A stretch of DNA of 64,000 nucleotides from positions 32,001 to 96,000 of the IMG/VR virus record IMGVR_UViG_3300037851_000671; one strand, written 5' to 3'. The position numbers and the translations under genes are program-made. The number at the start of each line of letters is the position of its first letter. Position 1 is the stretch's first letter. Under the pieces are notes generated by a model. It searched no databases. It saw only the letters and a program-made list of their open reading frames with translations, and was not told the origin of the DNA. The DNA is from a virus. Lineage: Duplodnaviria > Caudoviricetes. Shown here piece by piece: positions 46,279 to 56,800 of the stretch.

Positions 46279-46318
46279 TAACCCACTTCAACATGGCAAG
46301 CATTTTTAGGAGAGTCTG

Positions 46319-48796
46319 ATGGCGGCAAATATAGAAGGAGCTTCTAGAGCAGTACCTGGAACATACACAAGAACCGAAACCCTGCAAAGAGGGGTTAGTG
46401 TTCCTGCTGGTGCCCGTATTGCAATGATCATGGGCGAAGGTTTGACCCAGGAAACGCTGGTCGGATCGGCCAACGGAAATGGCAATGACGGTTTCAATTC
46501 AACCTACACATCAACAACAGGTTCTGATGGACGTCACTTCCTTCTTGGTCGTGGATCCGTAACCGTTGCCCCTGTGATTGAAAACAGGTCTCGTCTTTTC
46601 AAGAATGGAGTTGAGTTATCCGTTCTTGAGGGTGTAATAGATAACGCTGCGTTTGACAGTAGGTTTGATGCCAAGCTGGATCCGCTTACCGGACAGATTG
46701 TTCTTCAAGCTGCCAGACTTGTCGATCAGGGTGGAAGTCTATACAAGGCCTCTCTATCCAACGTAGGAACAGGAACCATCCAGAACCTTCAGCTTGTTGA
46801 TGTCAATGCGCCGCCAGAGACTTGGACCATCAGATGCTCAAGTGTTCGTAGAGATGGGTATGGAAACCCAATAGATGGTTATGCTAAATTCATTGCTCGT
46901 GGTTCTGTCAGCGGTTTGATTCTTGATGGTTATGGAAACCAGATTACATGGCAGTCAAACGGCACGGTAGTCTCTAACGGAATTCTCAGCTTCTCTATCG
47001 TAGAGGGTTTGATCAAGTTCCAAGAGGGAGATTCGTTTACGCTGGCCACAACAGCTGGAGCGTTGGTAGCTGGAGACTCTTTGAGTGCCAGGTACATCCC
47101 AGAGATATACCTAGAAGACCCAGAGTTTTTCACTGACTTGAATCAGTTGGTAGCCAAGCATGGTCAGCCAAGCACCACAGACGGAAGGCTGTCTTTGGGA
47201 GCGCAGTTGGCATTTGCTAACGGAACGCCAGGAGTATTTACACTACAGACAAAGCCATCATTGCCACGTAGAATTTCGTATTCTCTGGTAACTTCGGCTT
47301 CTGGTCTGACAAGCATTGACGACCTTACATTCGAGCTTCCGCTGAATGTGGTACCAGACGCTGACAGTAATATCAACTTCTTTGTAACGAACCCAATATC
47401 CAAGGCTGAGACACAGGTCATACCAAACAAGGTATCATTCTTCGACCCAACAATCACAGCCAACCCAGCATCGTTTGTGTACGGAGCATATAGCTGGTCA
47501 TACACGGTCATTCTTGATGACTCGGTACCAAAGCAGGGAATAGATGGTGTTTTGACTGTCACCGGCCCAACAACGGCTACATTGTCCAGTTTGACGGTGG
47601 CGTTTGACTCAAGCGATGTTTCTGTAACAAGAACGGTCAAGATCTATGACTCTCTGAATGGAAATGACGGAACGTATGCGATAGCCAGCGTAAGTGGTGG
47701 AGTGATGACGCTCTACAGTGGAACAGGATTTGGAACAAACGAAACAGGAGTTAGATTCGATGTTTTGGATTCCTCGGCACAGAGCTCAAAAATCTTGTTT
47801 ACACAGGATCTGGCACTGGCACTAGGCTCAGCTCTTAGGGCAACTGTAGTGGATGTCAAAGACGCACCGTTCTTTGATGCTGGATGGTTGGATGCATTTG
47901 CAGCGGCCGAGAAGGTCACTGTACAGATGATTGTACCACTTCCTGCACAAACAATCTCTGCAATCTTCCAGAACGGCAAGGTACACGTAGAGAAGATGAG
48001 TGATATCAGGAACAAGAATGAAAGAGTTCTTTTGATAGGAGCCATCAACGGTTTGACACCAGAAAACATCACTGGACAGAAGCCAGCAGCTGTTGAGGAC
48101 ATTGGTATCCTTGAGGGTATCCAGGGAGACAGCGTATCTGAGATTCTGGCCGGAAACACCGAAGATCTAGCTAACTACTCTATCTTTGATAACTACGGTG
48201 ACAGCTACCGCGTATTCTACTTCTACCCTGACCAGATTGTTGTTCAGATTGGAGCTGACAACGTTATAGTTGATGGTTTCTTCATGGCGGCAGCAGCGGC
48301 TGGATACTTCTCCGGCAACTCCTCTATCAACGAGCCATTGACCAACAAGAGGCTGTCAGGATTCTCTATTCTGCGTAACCGTTTGTACTCACCAATCGTA
48401 CAAGAGAACATTGTAAATAGCGGCGCAACCCTACTGGTACCAGTTGCCGGTGGTGGTCGCGTAATCTGGGGTAAGACAACCACGATAAGCCTGGCTGCGG
48501 AAGAGCAGGAGATGAGCATCATCTTCATTCGTGACTCTATTGCCAGCTCTATGCGTAGGGCGTTCCTGCCATACATTGGTCGCCCAGAGAGCCCAACATT
48601 CCAAACATCTCTATATGCAGTAGCCCAAGGGTTGATGCAGAGCTTCATTGAGCAGAGACTGATCACAGCCTACGCAGGTTTGACAGTGAAGCGTGATGAT
48701 GTTGAGCCAAGACAGTGGAATATAACGGTTGCAGTACAGCCTACATATCCTGTCAACTGGATTTACATCAAGATTAATGTTGGAAGGCTGGATTAA
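46319..48796 (+). CDS. Contractile tail sheath protein
   Basis: N-terminal PGTYTRTE; C-terminal FFMAAAAAG...EPLTNK...E.S..FIRD...NITVAVQPTYPVNWIYIKINV. Confidence 0.9.
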   Translation: MAANIEGASRAVPGTYTRTETLQRGVSVPAGARIAMIMGEGLTQETLVGSANGNGNDGFNSTYTSTTGSDGRHFLLGRGSVTVAPVIENRSRLFKNGVELSVLEGVIDNAAFDSRFDAKLDPLTGQIVLQAARLVDQGGSLYKASLSNVGTGTIQNLQLVDVNAPPETWTIRCSSVRRDGYGNPIDGYAKFIARGSVSGLILDGYGNQITWQSNGTVVSNGILSFSIVEGLIKFQEGDSFTLATTAGALVAGDSLSARYIPEIYLEDPEFFTDLNQLVAKHGQPSTTDGRLSLGAQLAFANGTPGVFTLQTKPSLPRRISYSLVTSASGLTSIDDLTFELPLNVVPDADSNINFFVTNPISKAETQVIPNKVSFFDPTITANPASFVYGAYSWSYTVILDDSVPKQGIDGVLTVTGPTTATLSSLTVAFDSSDVSVTRTVKIYDSLNGNDGTYAIASVSGGVMTLYSGTGFGTNETGVRFDVLDSSAQSSKILFTQDLALALGSALRATVVDVKDAPFFDAGWLDAFAAAEKVTVQMIVPLPAQTISAIFQNGKVHVEKMSDIRNKNERVLLIGAINGLTPENITGQKPAAVEDIGILEGIQGDSVSEILAGNTEDLANYSIFDNYGDSYRVFYFYPDQIVVQIGADNVIVDGFFMAAAAAGYFSGNSSINEPLTNKRLSGFSILRNRLYSPIVQENIVNSGATLLVPVAGGGRVIWGKTTTISLAAEEQEMSIIFIRDSIASSMRRAFLPYIGRPESPTFQTSLYAVAQGLMQSFIEQRLITAYAGLTVKRDDVEPRQWNITVAVQPTYPVNWIYIKINVGRLD

Positions 48797-48826
48797 TTTC
48801 AACTTCGATGAACTAAAAGGTGAACA

Positions 48827-49489
48827 ATGGCATACCCTCATACAGGATCTATTCTAACAGCAGGTGGCGACAATAAAGGCGCCAACACAACCCGCACCTC
48901 AGTAAGCACCAATATCATCATCGTTGTTGATGGAAATCCGGTGGGTGCGATAAAGCAAATCAGCATCAACGAACAGCGTACCATTGAGCAGATCAAGGAA
49001 ATTGGCACTGATGGTAGCGTTGACTCTGTTCCAAAGTCAGCCACCAAGATAACTGGTGACTGTCAGCGTGTAAGGTTTGATAACCTTCGCGTGGCAACAG
49101 CGTTCTCCCGTGGCTTCGTTCACGTAGCCGCCCAGCGCGTACCGTTTGACATTCTGATATTGGATATCTTTGGTGCTACAGAAGATGAGCAAGGAAACAT
49201 TGACCCATCAGGTGTTGTTACTACCGTTTTGAAAAATGTGTGGATTAACAAACTTGATACAAGATACAACTCTGATGATTACATAATCACAGAAGGCATG
49301 GGCTTTGAAGCTGAGTTCATCTACAGCTATGTTGGAAACGGACAATCTGCAACCAATGCAGTCAGCGCTCGTCCTCTCAACTTCATTGACAACGATCCAT
49401 TCGAGAAACAGGCGGATCTTGGAAAGAGGCGTGGAGCGTTGGATGCAGCTGGACTTATCAATGTTGTGGATTCTATTGCTACAACCTGA
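48827..49489 (+). CDS. Tail tube protein
   Basis: Follows the sheath; VGAIKQISINEQR..EQIKEIG...VP...RVRFD; 220 aa. Confidence 0.8.
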   Translation: MAYPHTGSILTAGGDNKGANTTRTSVSTNIIIVVDGNPVGAIKQISINEQRTIEQIKEIGTDGSVDSVPKSATKITGDCQRVRFDNLRVATAFSRGFVHVAAQRVPFDILILDIFGATEDEQGNIDPSGVVTTVLKNVWINKLDTRYNSDDYIITEGMGFEAEFIYSYVGNGQSATNAVSARPLNFIDNDPFEKQADLGKRRGALDAAGLINVVDSIATT

Positions 49490-49502
49490 TATATGACAGT
49501 GT

Positions 49503-50237
49503 ATGGGAAAGATTAGAAGTTCAGTTAGTTCTCCAATATCAGAACCTCAGGGAATTCCAAACGTTTCCAAAAGGGTTTTTACAGTACCAGACGGTCATGG
49601 ATCAGATGACGATATACCTCCGGAGAGGAATTTTGTAACCTCCGGAGGTAAACGTTTTGAGCTTCCAGAGGGTGCAAGACAGATTTCTCCTGGTGAGTTT
49701 CATGAGACCAGAAGCCGCATGCAACAAATGGCGGAACAACCCAAACAAGCTCAGTTGCAAGAGGCTAAAACAAGGGTTGAAATTATAACTGGTATTGGTA
49801 GAAAAACAAAGGATGTTCCTGTTGATATGGGGAACGGACAGGTAACCACATTCTCTATCAGAACATTGAAAGGCAAGGAGCATTTTGCGCTTGCTGAGGT
49901 TATTGAGGGTTCAAAGACAATTAGGACCCATGATGGCGAAATGATGATGACGATCACAAGCGCCTATGACATACGTATTGAGACATTGAAGCATGCGTTG
50001 TATGCTATTGATGGTGTTGATATCAATGTTGTTCTTGGTGTGTCTGCAAGACCGCTGGAAGAACAACTAGCTGCAAGAGAGGACTTGCTCCATGATATGG
50101 ATGATGCCTTTACAAAGAAATTGTACAAGACATATGAAGAACTTTTGCAGGATATTGCGGACAAATTCGGTGTGAAGAACGAAAAAGACGCAAAGGAGTT
50201 GGCCGAAGCCATAAATAAAAGTGGCGAGGCTCCCTGA
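49503..50237 (+). CDS. Tail assembly chaperone (gpG-like)
   Basis: Between tube and tape measure; FSIRTLKGKE..ALAE; ends CCC TGA. Confidence 0.7.
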   Translation: MGKIRSSVSSPISEPQGIPNVSKRVFTVPDGHGSDDDIPPERNFVTSGGKRFELPEGARQISPGEFHETRSRMQQMAEQPKQAQLQEAKTRVEIITGIGRKTKDVPVDMGNGQVTTFSIRTLKGKEHFALAEVIEGSKTIRTHDGEMMMTITSAYDIRIETLKHALYAIDGVDINVVLGVSARPLEEQLAAREDLLHDMDDAFTKKLYKTYEELLQDIADKFGVKNEKDAKELAEAINKSGEAP

Positions 50238-50565
50238 GCATCAGTTCCTATTCTTTCTTGTAGAGCTGTTTAGAAAGCCTCCTGACGATCCTTTTTATGA
50301 GCATATTAACCCATATTTGAAGATATGGTTGTATGAGTGCTGGATACACAAACAGGAAGTTGAAATAAAGCGAATGAGAGATCACGCTTTGTTCATAGGC
50401 TCATTCTCTAACCCAGAGGCTGCTAACAAATACTACAAACTTGAAAATCCGGACTTCAAATCAACAGACGAAGAAGAAACGGCCAAGATGGTTCGCAAGC
50501 AGATTTTGGAAGAGGAGAAGCAAAAATCCGGCAAGGGAAGAAAACGTCGCAAACTTGTTAGGTGA
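50221..50565 (+). CDS. Second tail chaperone ORF (gpT-like), possibly reached by +1 frameshift
   Basis: Overlaps the previous stop in the +1 frame; GTG without nearby SD; basic C-terminus; directly before the tape measure gene. Confidence 0.6.
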   Translation: MARLPEHQFLFFLVELFRKPPDDPFYEHINPYLKIWLYECWIHKQEVEIKRMRDHALFIGSFSNPEAANKYYKLENPDFKSTDEEETAKMVRKQILEEEKQKSGKGRKRRKLVR

Positions 50566-50570
50566 TTAGA

Positions 50571-52748
50571 ATGGCTGAAATATTTACCACAGAACAGATT
50601 CAGGCTTTTGCAGATAAAGCTGGTGCTGCAAAAGATTCGGTTATGGCGTGGTGGAATAGTCTTACCGGTATTCAAAAATCACTTGTAACAACAGCCACCA
50701 TAACGGAGCAGTTTAAAGGTAAAATACAAGACCTTGACAAGATAGTAAAAGAGACGCTAACATCTTCTGATGCTCTTTCTGGTGCGATGAAACGATTGCA
50801 AGAGAATGTTGGTTTCTCCTCTGAGAAATTTGAACAATTCGCGCAGAGCATAGAAAGGGCGGCTGGGAAAGCTACAAATTTCCAGATTCAAACAATGATG
50901 CTTATGGAGCCGATGCTTGGTGTTCTTCCAAAAATACCAACAGCATTTGGTAACATGGGAGATGCTGGGGATATAGCCGGAACCAAAATTGCCAATAGTT
51001 TTTCTATAGCTATTCCCTATCTTGAAAAACTGGGTTCTTTTGGGGCAGCTGGCGCAGCAATGTTCAAAGAATATACCGCTGGCGCAGATAGAGCCAATGG
51101 TCTTGAAAGAAGCATAGTTAGCCTTGTTTCAAGTGCCGGAGGCTTGAATTCTATGCTTGTTGAAAACGGACAATTAACAGGTGAGGTTCTTGACAGAAGA
51201 TATGCAACCTTTACCAGAAGGATGCATGAGATTGGAGATGCTACTGGGCACACAATAAGTGAAACCATGAATTTCGCTCAGGCTCTTGGTGCGATTCCAG
51301 AAGCTCTTAACCAGCCAATTAAATTATTGGATGGTGTTCGTGGTTCGTTATCATCTATGAGTCAGCTTGAAGCAAGTCTAACACTTGCCTCTTCATATGG
51401 ATTGAAGCACGGAGATGTTGTTGCCAGATTGACAGAGCTGTATCAGCGTTTTGGCACTCGTGGTACTGAGGCGTTTGAGTCTGTCAATGGAATATACAAA
51501 GCGGCTCAAGACCTGAACATGCCATTGAGCAACGTAACTAAAATTGTCACTGATTCTGCTAATCATTTCAAGCTTCTTGGTGATAATACACAAGCCGCAA
51601 CCAATGTTCTAAGGGCATTTGGATCTGCACTGAAGGACAGTAACCTTGGACCGGAAGGTGTAGAAAGAATTGTTGCATCAATGTCGGTAGGCGTTTCAAA
51701 AATGAGCGAGAGCCAGCAGGCTTTTGTATCTGCGTCTACTGGCGGGCCTGGCGGATTGGCTGGCGCATACCAAATCGAAAACGCCATTCAAGAAGGCAAA
51801 ATGGATGAGGTTCTTGGCCGAACAATGGAGGCCATGAAACGCGAGTTCGGCGGTCCAATACTTACTTTGAAAGATGCCGCTTCTGATCCTTCCAAATCAG
51901 GAGAGTTCTATAAGCAGGTACAATACCTTACTAAAGTAACTGGCATTGCAAGTGATAAACATGAGGCATATCGTATCTTGGAAGGAATGCAGAAAGGCGC
52001 TTTGGATGAAACTCAGATCGGAAGAAGGGCAAAGGGACCTGAGTTAAAGCAAGCACTGGAAAGGGGACATTTCCTACAAGAGCGCGGAAACACAGAACTA
52101 ACCAGGATTTACAATAGGATTAGTGAATACAACATAATTCAAGCGGCTGTTGAGCGTGGGGCCATATCAAAAATCATTGGTGCCGAGGGTTTTACAGGTC
52201 TTGGAGAAAGCATGAGAACAGCCGGTGGTAGGGCTGGTGCTGGCGGCGCTCTTGGACAATCATATGATGAAAATGGGAATGTATTGAGTACCACAAGGAT
52301 GGCAAGGGAAAGTTTTCAAGGCGCTGTCCAAGCTCCGCTTGATGTTGTACACAAAATAGCGCCAATGCTTGCTCCGTTAGTAGGAAGTTTAAAAGACCAC
52401 ACACAAGCATTTCTTACCGGAGGAAAGATTAAACAAACAACTAGGACAGCTGGTTTCATAAGCACAAGACCAACAAAAGCAGAGGGTCACAAATGGGGGC
52501 AGCCTGGTTTTGGAGTATCGCCGGCCGCAAGAGGAATGCCATCTTTTCCAGGTCCTAATGCTGCCGGCGCCCAAGGCTTTACCATCAATCAAGGCAAACC
52601 ATTTGCGCTTGAACCGGTCAAAGGAACTATTGATGTTCATATCAAATTCTCCGATATAAAAGATGGGTTGTCTGATCTTGTTAAAAAAGAACTCAAGATT
52701 CAAGGCAGAGAAAACCAGTTCGGTAGAAACGCTGGTGTTAAGCCATGA
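50571..52748 (+). CDS. Tape measure protein
   Basis: About 725 aa, Ala/Gly-rich helical; canonical position after the chaperones. Confidence 0.75.
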   Translation: MAEIFTTEQIQAFADKAGAAKDSVMAWWNSLTGIQKSLVTTATITEQFKGKIQDLDKIVKETLTSSDALSGAMKRLQENVGFSSEKFEQFAQSIERAAGKATNFQIQTMMLMEPMLGVLPKIPTAFGNMGDAGDIAGTKIANSFSIAIPYLEKLGSFGAAGAAMFKEYTAGADRANGLERSIVSLVSSAGGLNSMLVENGQLTGEVLDRRYATFTRRMHEIGDATGHTISETMNFAQALGAIPEALNQPIKLLDGVRGSLSSMSQLEASLTLASSYGLKHGDVVARLTELYQRFGTRGTEAFESVNGIYKAAQDLNMPLSNVTKIVTDSANHFKLLGDNTQAATNVLRAFGSALKDSNLGPEGVERIVASMSVGVSKMSESQQAFVSASTGGPGGLAGAYQIENAIQEGKMDEVLGRTMEAMKREFGGPILTLKDAASDPSKSGEFYKQVQYLTKVTGIASDKHEAYRILEGMQKGALDETQIGRRAKGPELKQALERGHFLQERGNTELTRIYNRISEYNIIQAAVERGAISKIIGAEGFTGLGESMRTAGGRAGAGGALGQSYDENGNVLSTTRMARESFQGAVQAPLDVVHKIAPMLAPLVGSLKDHTQAFLTGGKIKQTTRTAGFISTRPTKAEGHKWGQPGFGVSPAARGMPSFPGPNAAGAQGFTINQGKPFALEPVKGTIDVHIKFSDIKDGLSDLVKKELKIQGRENQFGRNAGVKP

Positions 52749-52770
52749 GGCATAATCAGCCATATTTGGT

Positions 52771-53802
52771 ATGGTGTATGATCTTCAAGGACAAGCAGAA
52801 AACACGTACAGAATAACTCAAGGAGCGGTAAATGGACCATCTCCAGATCCTCCTGGTTTTACTGATACGGCATCAATACCAAGCAAAACCGGAAATGCTG
52901 TAAGACAAGCTCGTTTTCAATCCAATAGAGCTGCTACTGCTCGTCGAAACCTTATTCGTTGGTTCGTGCCTGAGACCGGTATTGTTGAGATGTTTGTTAA
53001 CCCATCTTCAATCAAATACACAGAAAAGAAGGTGATTTCAGAAACAAGAACCAGGGGAGGTTATGTTCTTCAATACTGGGGAGAGGAACTTGAAACCCTA
53101 AACATCACTGGAAATACAGCAAGCTCTGGTATTGAGGGAATCAATGTCCTCAGAGACATATACAGAAACGAACAGGTATCCACAGATCCTTTGGCCATTG
53201 CGTTGACCGCTTATCGCGAGAAGCAAAACGCAACCGCCAAGTCTGAGTTTACAGTTGACAATTTCTTCGGTGGCGTTGGAAACCTTCTTCAGGGCGCGGC
53301 AGACGATGTGTTTCGCTCAGTCAATAACCTTGTGCAGTATGGAAACATCAACCCTAGCGTTCCAAGACCAACTCTAGCCTCAATGGCCTTTACAGTAGAG
53401 ATGTATTGGTCAGGTTGGGTGTTCAGAGGTTACTTTACTGATTGTGCTGTTGATGAAACAGCAGATAGCCTTGGTTTGTTCAATTATCATATCAACTTCA
53501 AAGTAACACAGATGAGAGGATGGAGAAATAACTTCATGCCTTGGCATAGGTCTGCTGTCAACGGTCCATCCAACTCGGACCCTCAATATGGCCGTCCTTA
53601 TTCGTTTGCGTATATGAAAAGGCAAACACCACAACCAAATATTGTTGGTGGTAGGGAGATTCTTCCCCCTTTGCTAACTCCTACAACTGGAATAGATCCA
53701 AACACAGAAATAACAACCAATACATCTATGAATCGTTTGCCAAACAACGTTATACCAATTCAACAATCATTGACAAGCGGTCGTGCTATTATTGGTAAAT
53801 GA
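52771..53802 (+). CDS. Probable tail tube initiator / baseplate-tube junction protein
   Basis: MFVNPSSI...TRGGYVLQYWGEEL..LNITG...YW.GWVFRGYF..F..NFKVT. Confidence 0.6.
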   Translation: MVYDLQGQAENTYRITQGAVNGPSPDPPGFTDTASIPSKTGNAVRQARFQSNRAATARRNLIRWFVPETGIVEMFVNPSSIKYTEKKVISETRTRGGYVLQYWGEELETLNITGNTASSGIEGINVLRDIYRNEQVSTDPLAIALTAYREKQNATAKSEFTVDNFFGGVGNLLQGAADDVFRSVNNLVQYGNINPSVPRPTLASMAFTVEMYWSGWVFRGYFTDCAVDETADSLGLFNYHINFKVTQMRGWRNNFMPWHRSAVNGPSNSDPQYGRPYSFAYMKRQTPQPNIVGGREILPPLLTPTTGIDPNTEITTNTSMNRLPNNVIPIQQSLTSGRAIIGK

Positions 53803-53826
53803 AAACAGGTGGATATAAGGTAAGTC

Positions 53827-56800
53827 ATGGGATTTCTTTCAGGTCTTGGCGATGTCATCAACGATCAGTTGGGCACAGGTGAAAATACAACACACTCACT
53901 TGACTCAAGTGATGGCGTTGTAAAAGGTTACGGAAAACTGGGCTCATATGCTCAGAAGATAGATCAGTCTGCCGAACGTTCCTACATAGAAGACGGTTTC
54001 ATCCGTAACTTTGGCCCAAGACTGAGAAACATCATTTTCCAAGAGCCAGACGTTGTTATTGTAATCAAAAAGAGGATGTTCTCTTCTTTGATAAACAATC
54101 ATAAACTTGACCTTCTAGAAGAAAAAGAACAACTTGTAGTAAGGGCTGCTAAGAAACTGTTTCAGAATAAGTGTCGTTTAATATCAGCATATGAGAGATT
54201 GATCAAGGTTGAAAAGATGACTGTTGAGGCCGGTACGTTCAATACGTATCTTGGCCCAATGGTATTGAACTCTCTGGATGCTTTGGCTCCGGTTCTTGCA
54301 TTGATGGGAATACCTATCGACCCATCAACACAAAGGGCATTTGAGACACTTCGCCGTATTCTTGCTTACTCAGAGCCAGCCTCAGTATCTGGGTGGACCA
54401 ATACTGATTGGGATAGCGAGTTTGGAAACTCCTATGTTGGAGAGGGGCCAGGAACGTTTGAGCTTACGGTGGCAAGCTCAATCAGTACAACCACATCAAC
54501 TGAGCTTGGAGAAGGCAAAGCAGATCTTACTTTTGAGGACCCATACAACCTAATGTCCATTACAGAACAGGACATAGATCAGGCTTTGACAGATGCATCA
54601 AACCTATTCGTATCTGGTAGGTTTTTCAAATTCACAGAAATTGAAACACAGAATAGAGTTGAGGAGCTGAAGCGCAAGCTCGCACTGATAAGAGCCAACA
54701 GGGGCGCCAGCAACATTACCATAATGATTTCAGAAGGAACACTGCTTAGCCAGCGTGTTCGTGCAGTTGTAGATGAAGAAGGTATAGAGATCAAGTTCAC
54801 ATACAACACTGGCGTTCAAGAGGCTTTCAAGGGGTTCGAGAAAGCAAAAAGCTTCAAGGACGGAGCGTCATCTGTTGGAAGCCTATTCTCAAATGGCGGC
54901 ATTACATTTGATCCTCTGTTTGTTGTTGATAATGCTGAGCTGGTAAAAAATAGAGAAGGACCAGGGAACAAGCTTACGCAGGAAGAGGCCAAAATTCTTG
55001 CTGATCTGATCAAGTCAATATACAGCTTGATCAGTTTCAGGAAAACCAGCCAAAGAACGTTGAGCCGTCAAAATGCCGAACTCAACTATGCCAGAAACAG
55101 ACTCAGGATGATGTTCAATGGTCGTCACATCATTCAGCCAATGGACGTTGTCAACATTTTCATAACAACCAAGACTTATTACGATGAGCAGCTGACCAAT
55201 GGTTTCAAGAACGTATTTTCTGGTACCGGAAACTTGCGCCTGGCAGAGAAGTTCGACTCTTTGTTTTCTGGTATCAACAACAGTCTGAATCAGTTGCTTG
55301 GAAAGACATCCTATGATGACCTTGAGAAAAACGCTATTGTAGGACCGGAGTTCCCGATGTGGCTTTGGAGGATGTTCAAGAATGACATCACCAAGCAGGC
55401 AGCAGGTACGTGTGTATTCGTTGGAATATGCACAAACGTTTCTAGCAACTACTCGGCCGCTAATGGTAAGTTCAATCTAAACGTTTCATGCAAGGATAAC
55501 GCTCACTACTTTGAGCTTGGACAGGTAAACTTCCAGCCAGCTGCTGATGTGTTCAACTCAAGTATCTATGATCCGCTTACTCCTTTTGATGTTAGTTTCG
55601 ACGCAGCAACGGGAGCGCCACTAACATCCAATTCTGAGAACTACTTTCCTCCTTTGCTACCACAGAACCAAACCTTGCTTCAGACAGGTAAAGCCAGTTT
55701 CAGAACTGGCCCAAACAAAGGAGAGCAAGCAACCCCATTCCTTTATGGGGTCAATGATAAAGAGTACGCTTTCAATAACTTCAACCGTGTTTTGAATGAC
55801 CCGGCAGGTCTTGTGTATCGCTGGAAACAAGGAATACAAACCATAACAAAATTTGGAAGACCATCCCCAGTAAGTAGCCCAGAGCAAGAGCGTTCTGTGG
55901 TTCTTACAGATCATCCTTTTGCTGGCCAAGACATGATGAATGTGTTGTCATCTTTGATCACCGGAGAACCTTACAACTATGTCACATTTTTGAAAGCTGC
56001 TATTGCTAATGGTAACTCTGGCGGAATCACTAATACAAATGGGTCTCCTCCAGCCCAGTCATTTTTGGAAGGTTTGATGTATGACCTCCAAAAGAACAAC
56101 GCAATATGGGGCAATTTCGTACCATTCAAGAAACTGGTCATACCAAGAAGTTTGAATGAATTTATTGCAAAGACTACCCTTCAGGCGTTGCAGGTTAATA
56201 ACCAATTGAGTACACAGCTAAGGGAACGTGCGAAACTTATGGATGAGATAGCCCTGACCAATAATGGTATGGCAAAAGATCCTTATTCAACACTTCCTAA
56301 AGATGAAAACGGATACTACAAACAAAGAAGTGACGCCAACCCAACCATAATAATAAACCAGCTCAAGAGACAGTTGGACAGTGTCAATAAATCTGTAAAC
56401 AATTTGCAGAACGCATACATGGACACAATCAAAAACGCGCATGCTCCAAGCCCTGAATATGGTGTTGCGATTATTGGTAGTAACATAGATATCGTCAACG
56501 GAAATCAGTCAAATGTAAACGTCAAGAAACAAGCAGCGGCAGAGGATGATCGTCGTCGCAAACTACACTCCATCACACAGAGAAGGTTATGGGATGTCAA
56601 GGCCAACACTGATAAAAACCTATTCATTGTTGATGATCAGTATGACAACAATCTTGACTTGCAAGCATTTGAGAGAAAGATTGGCGGGAAGATGGAAATC
56701 TTCAGCAGTACATACGCCACAGTGATGGAGAAGATCAAAACTGTAAAAAGTTTCTTGGGGCTTGAGGTGTTTGCCAATACACAAGGACACATAGAGGTAA

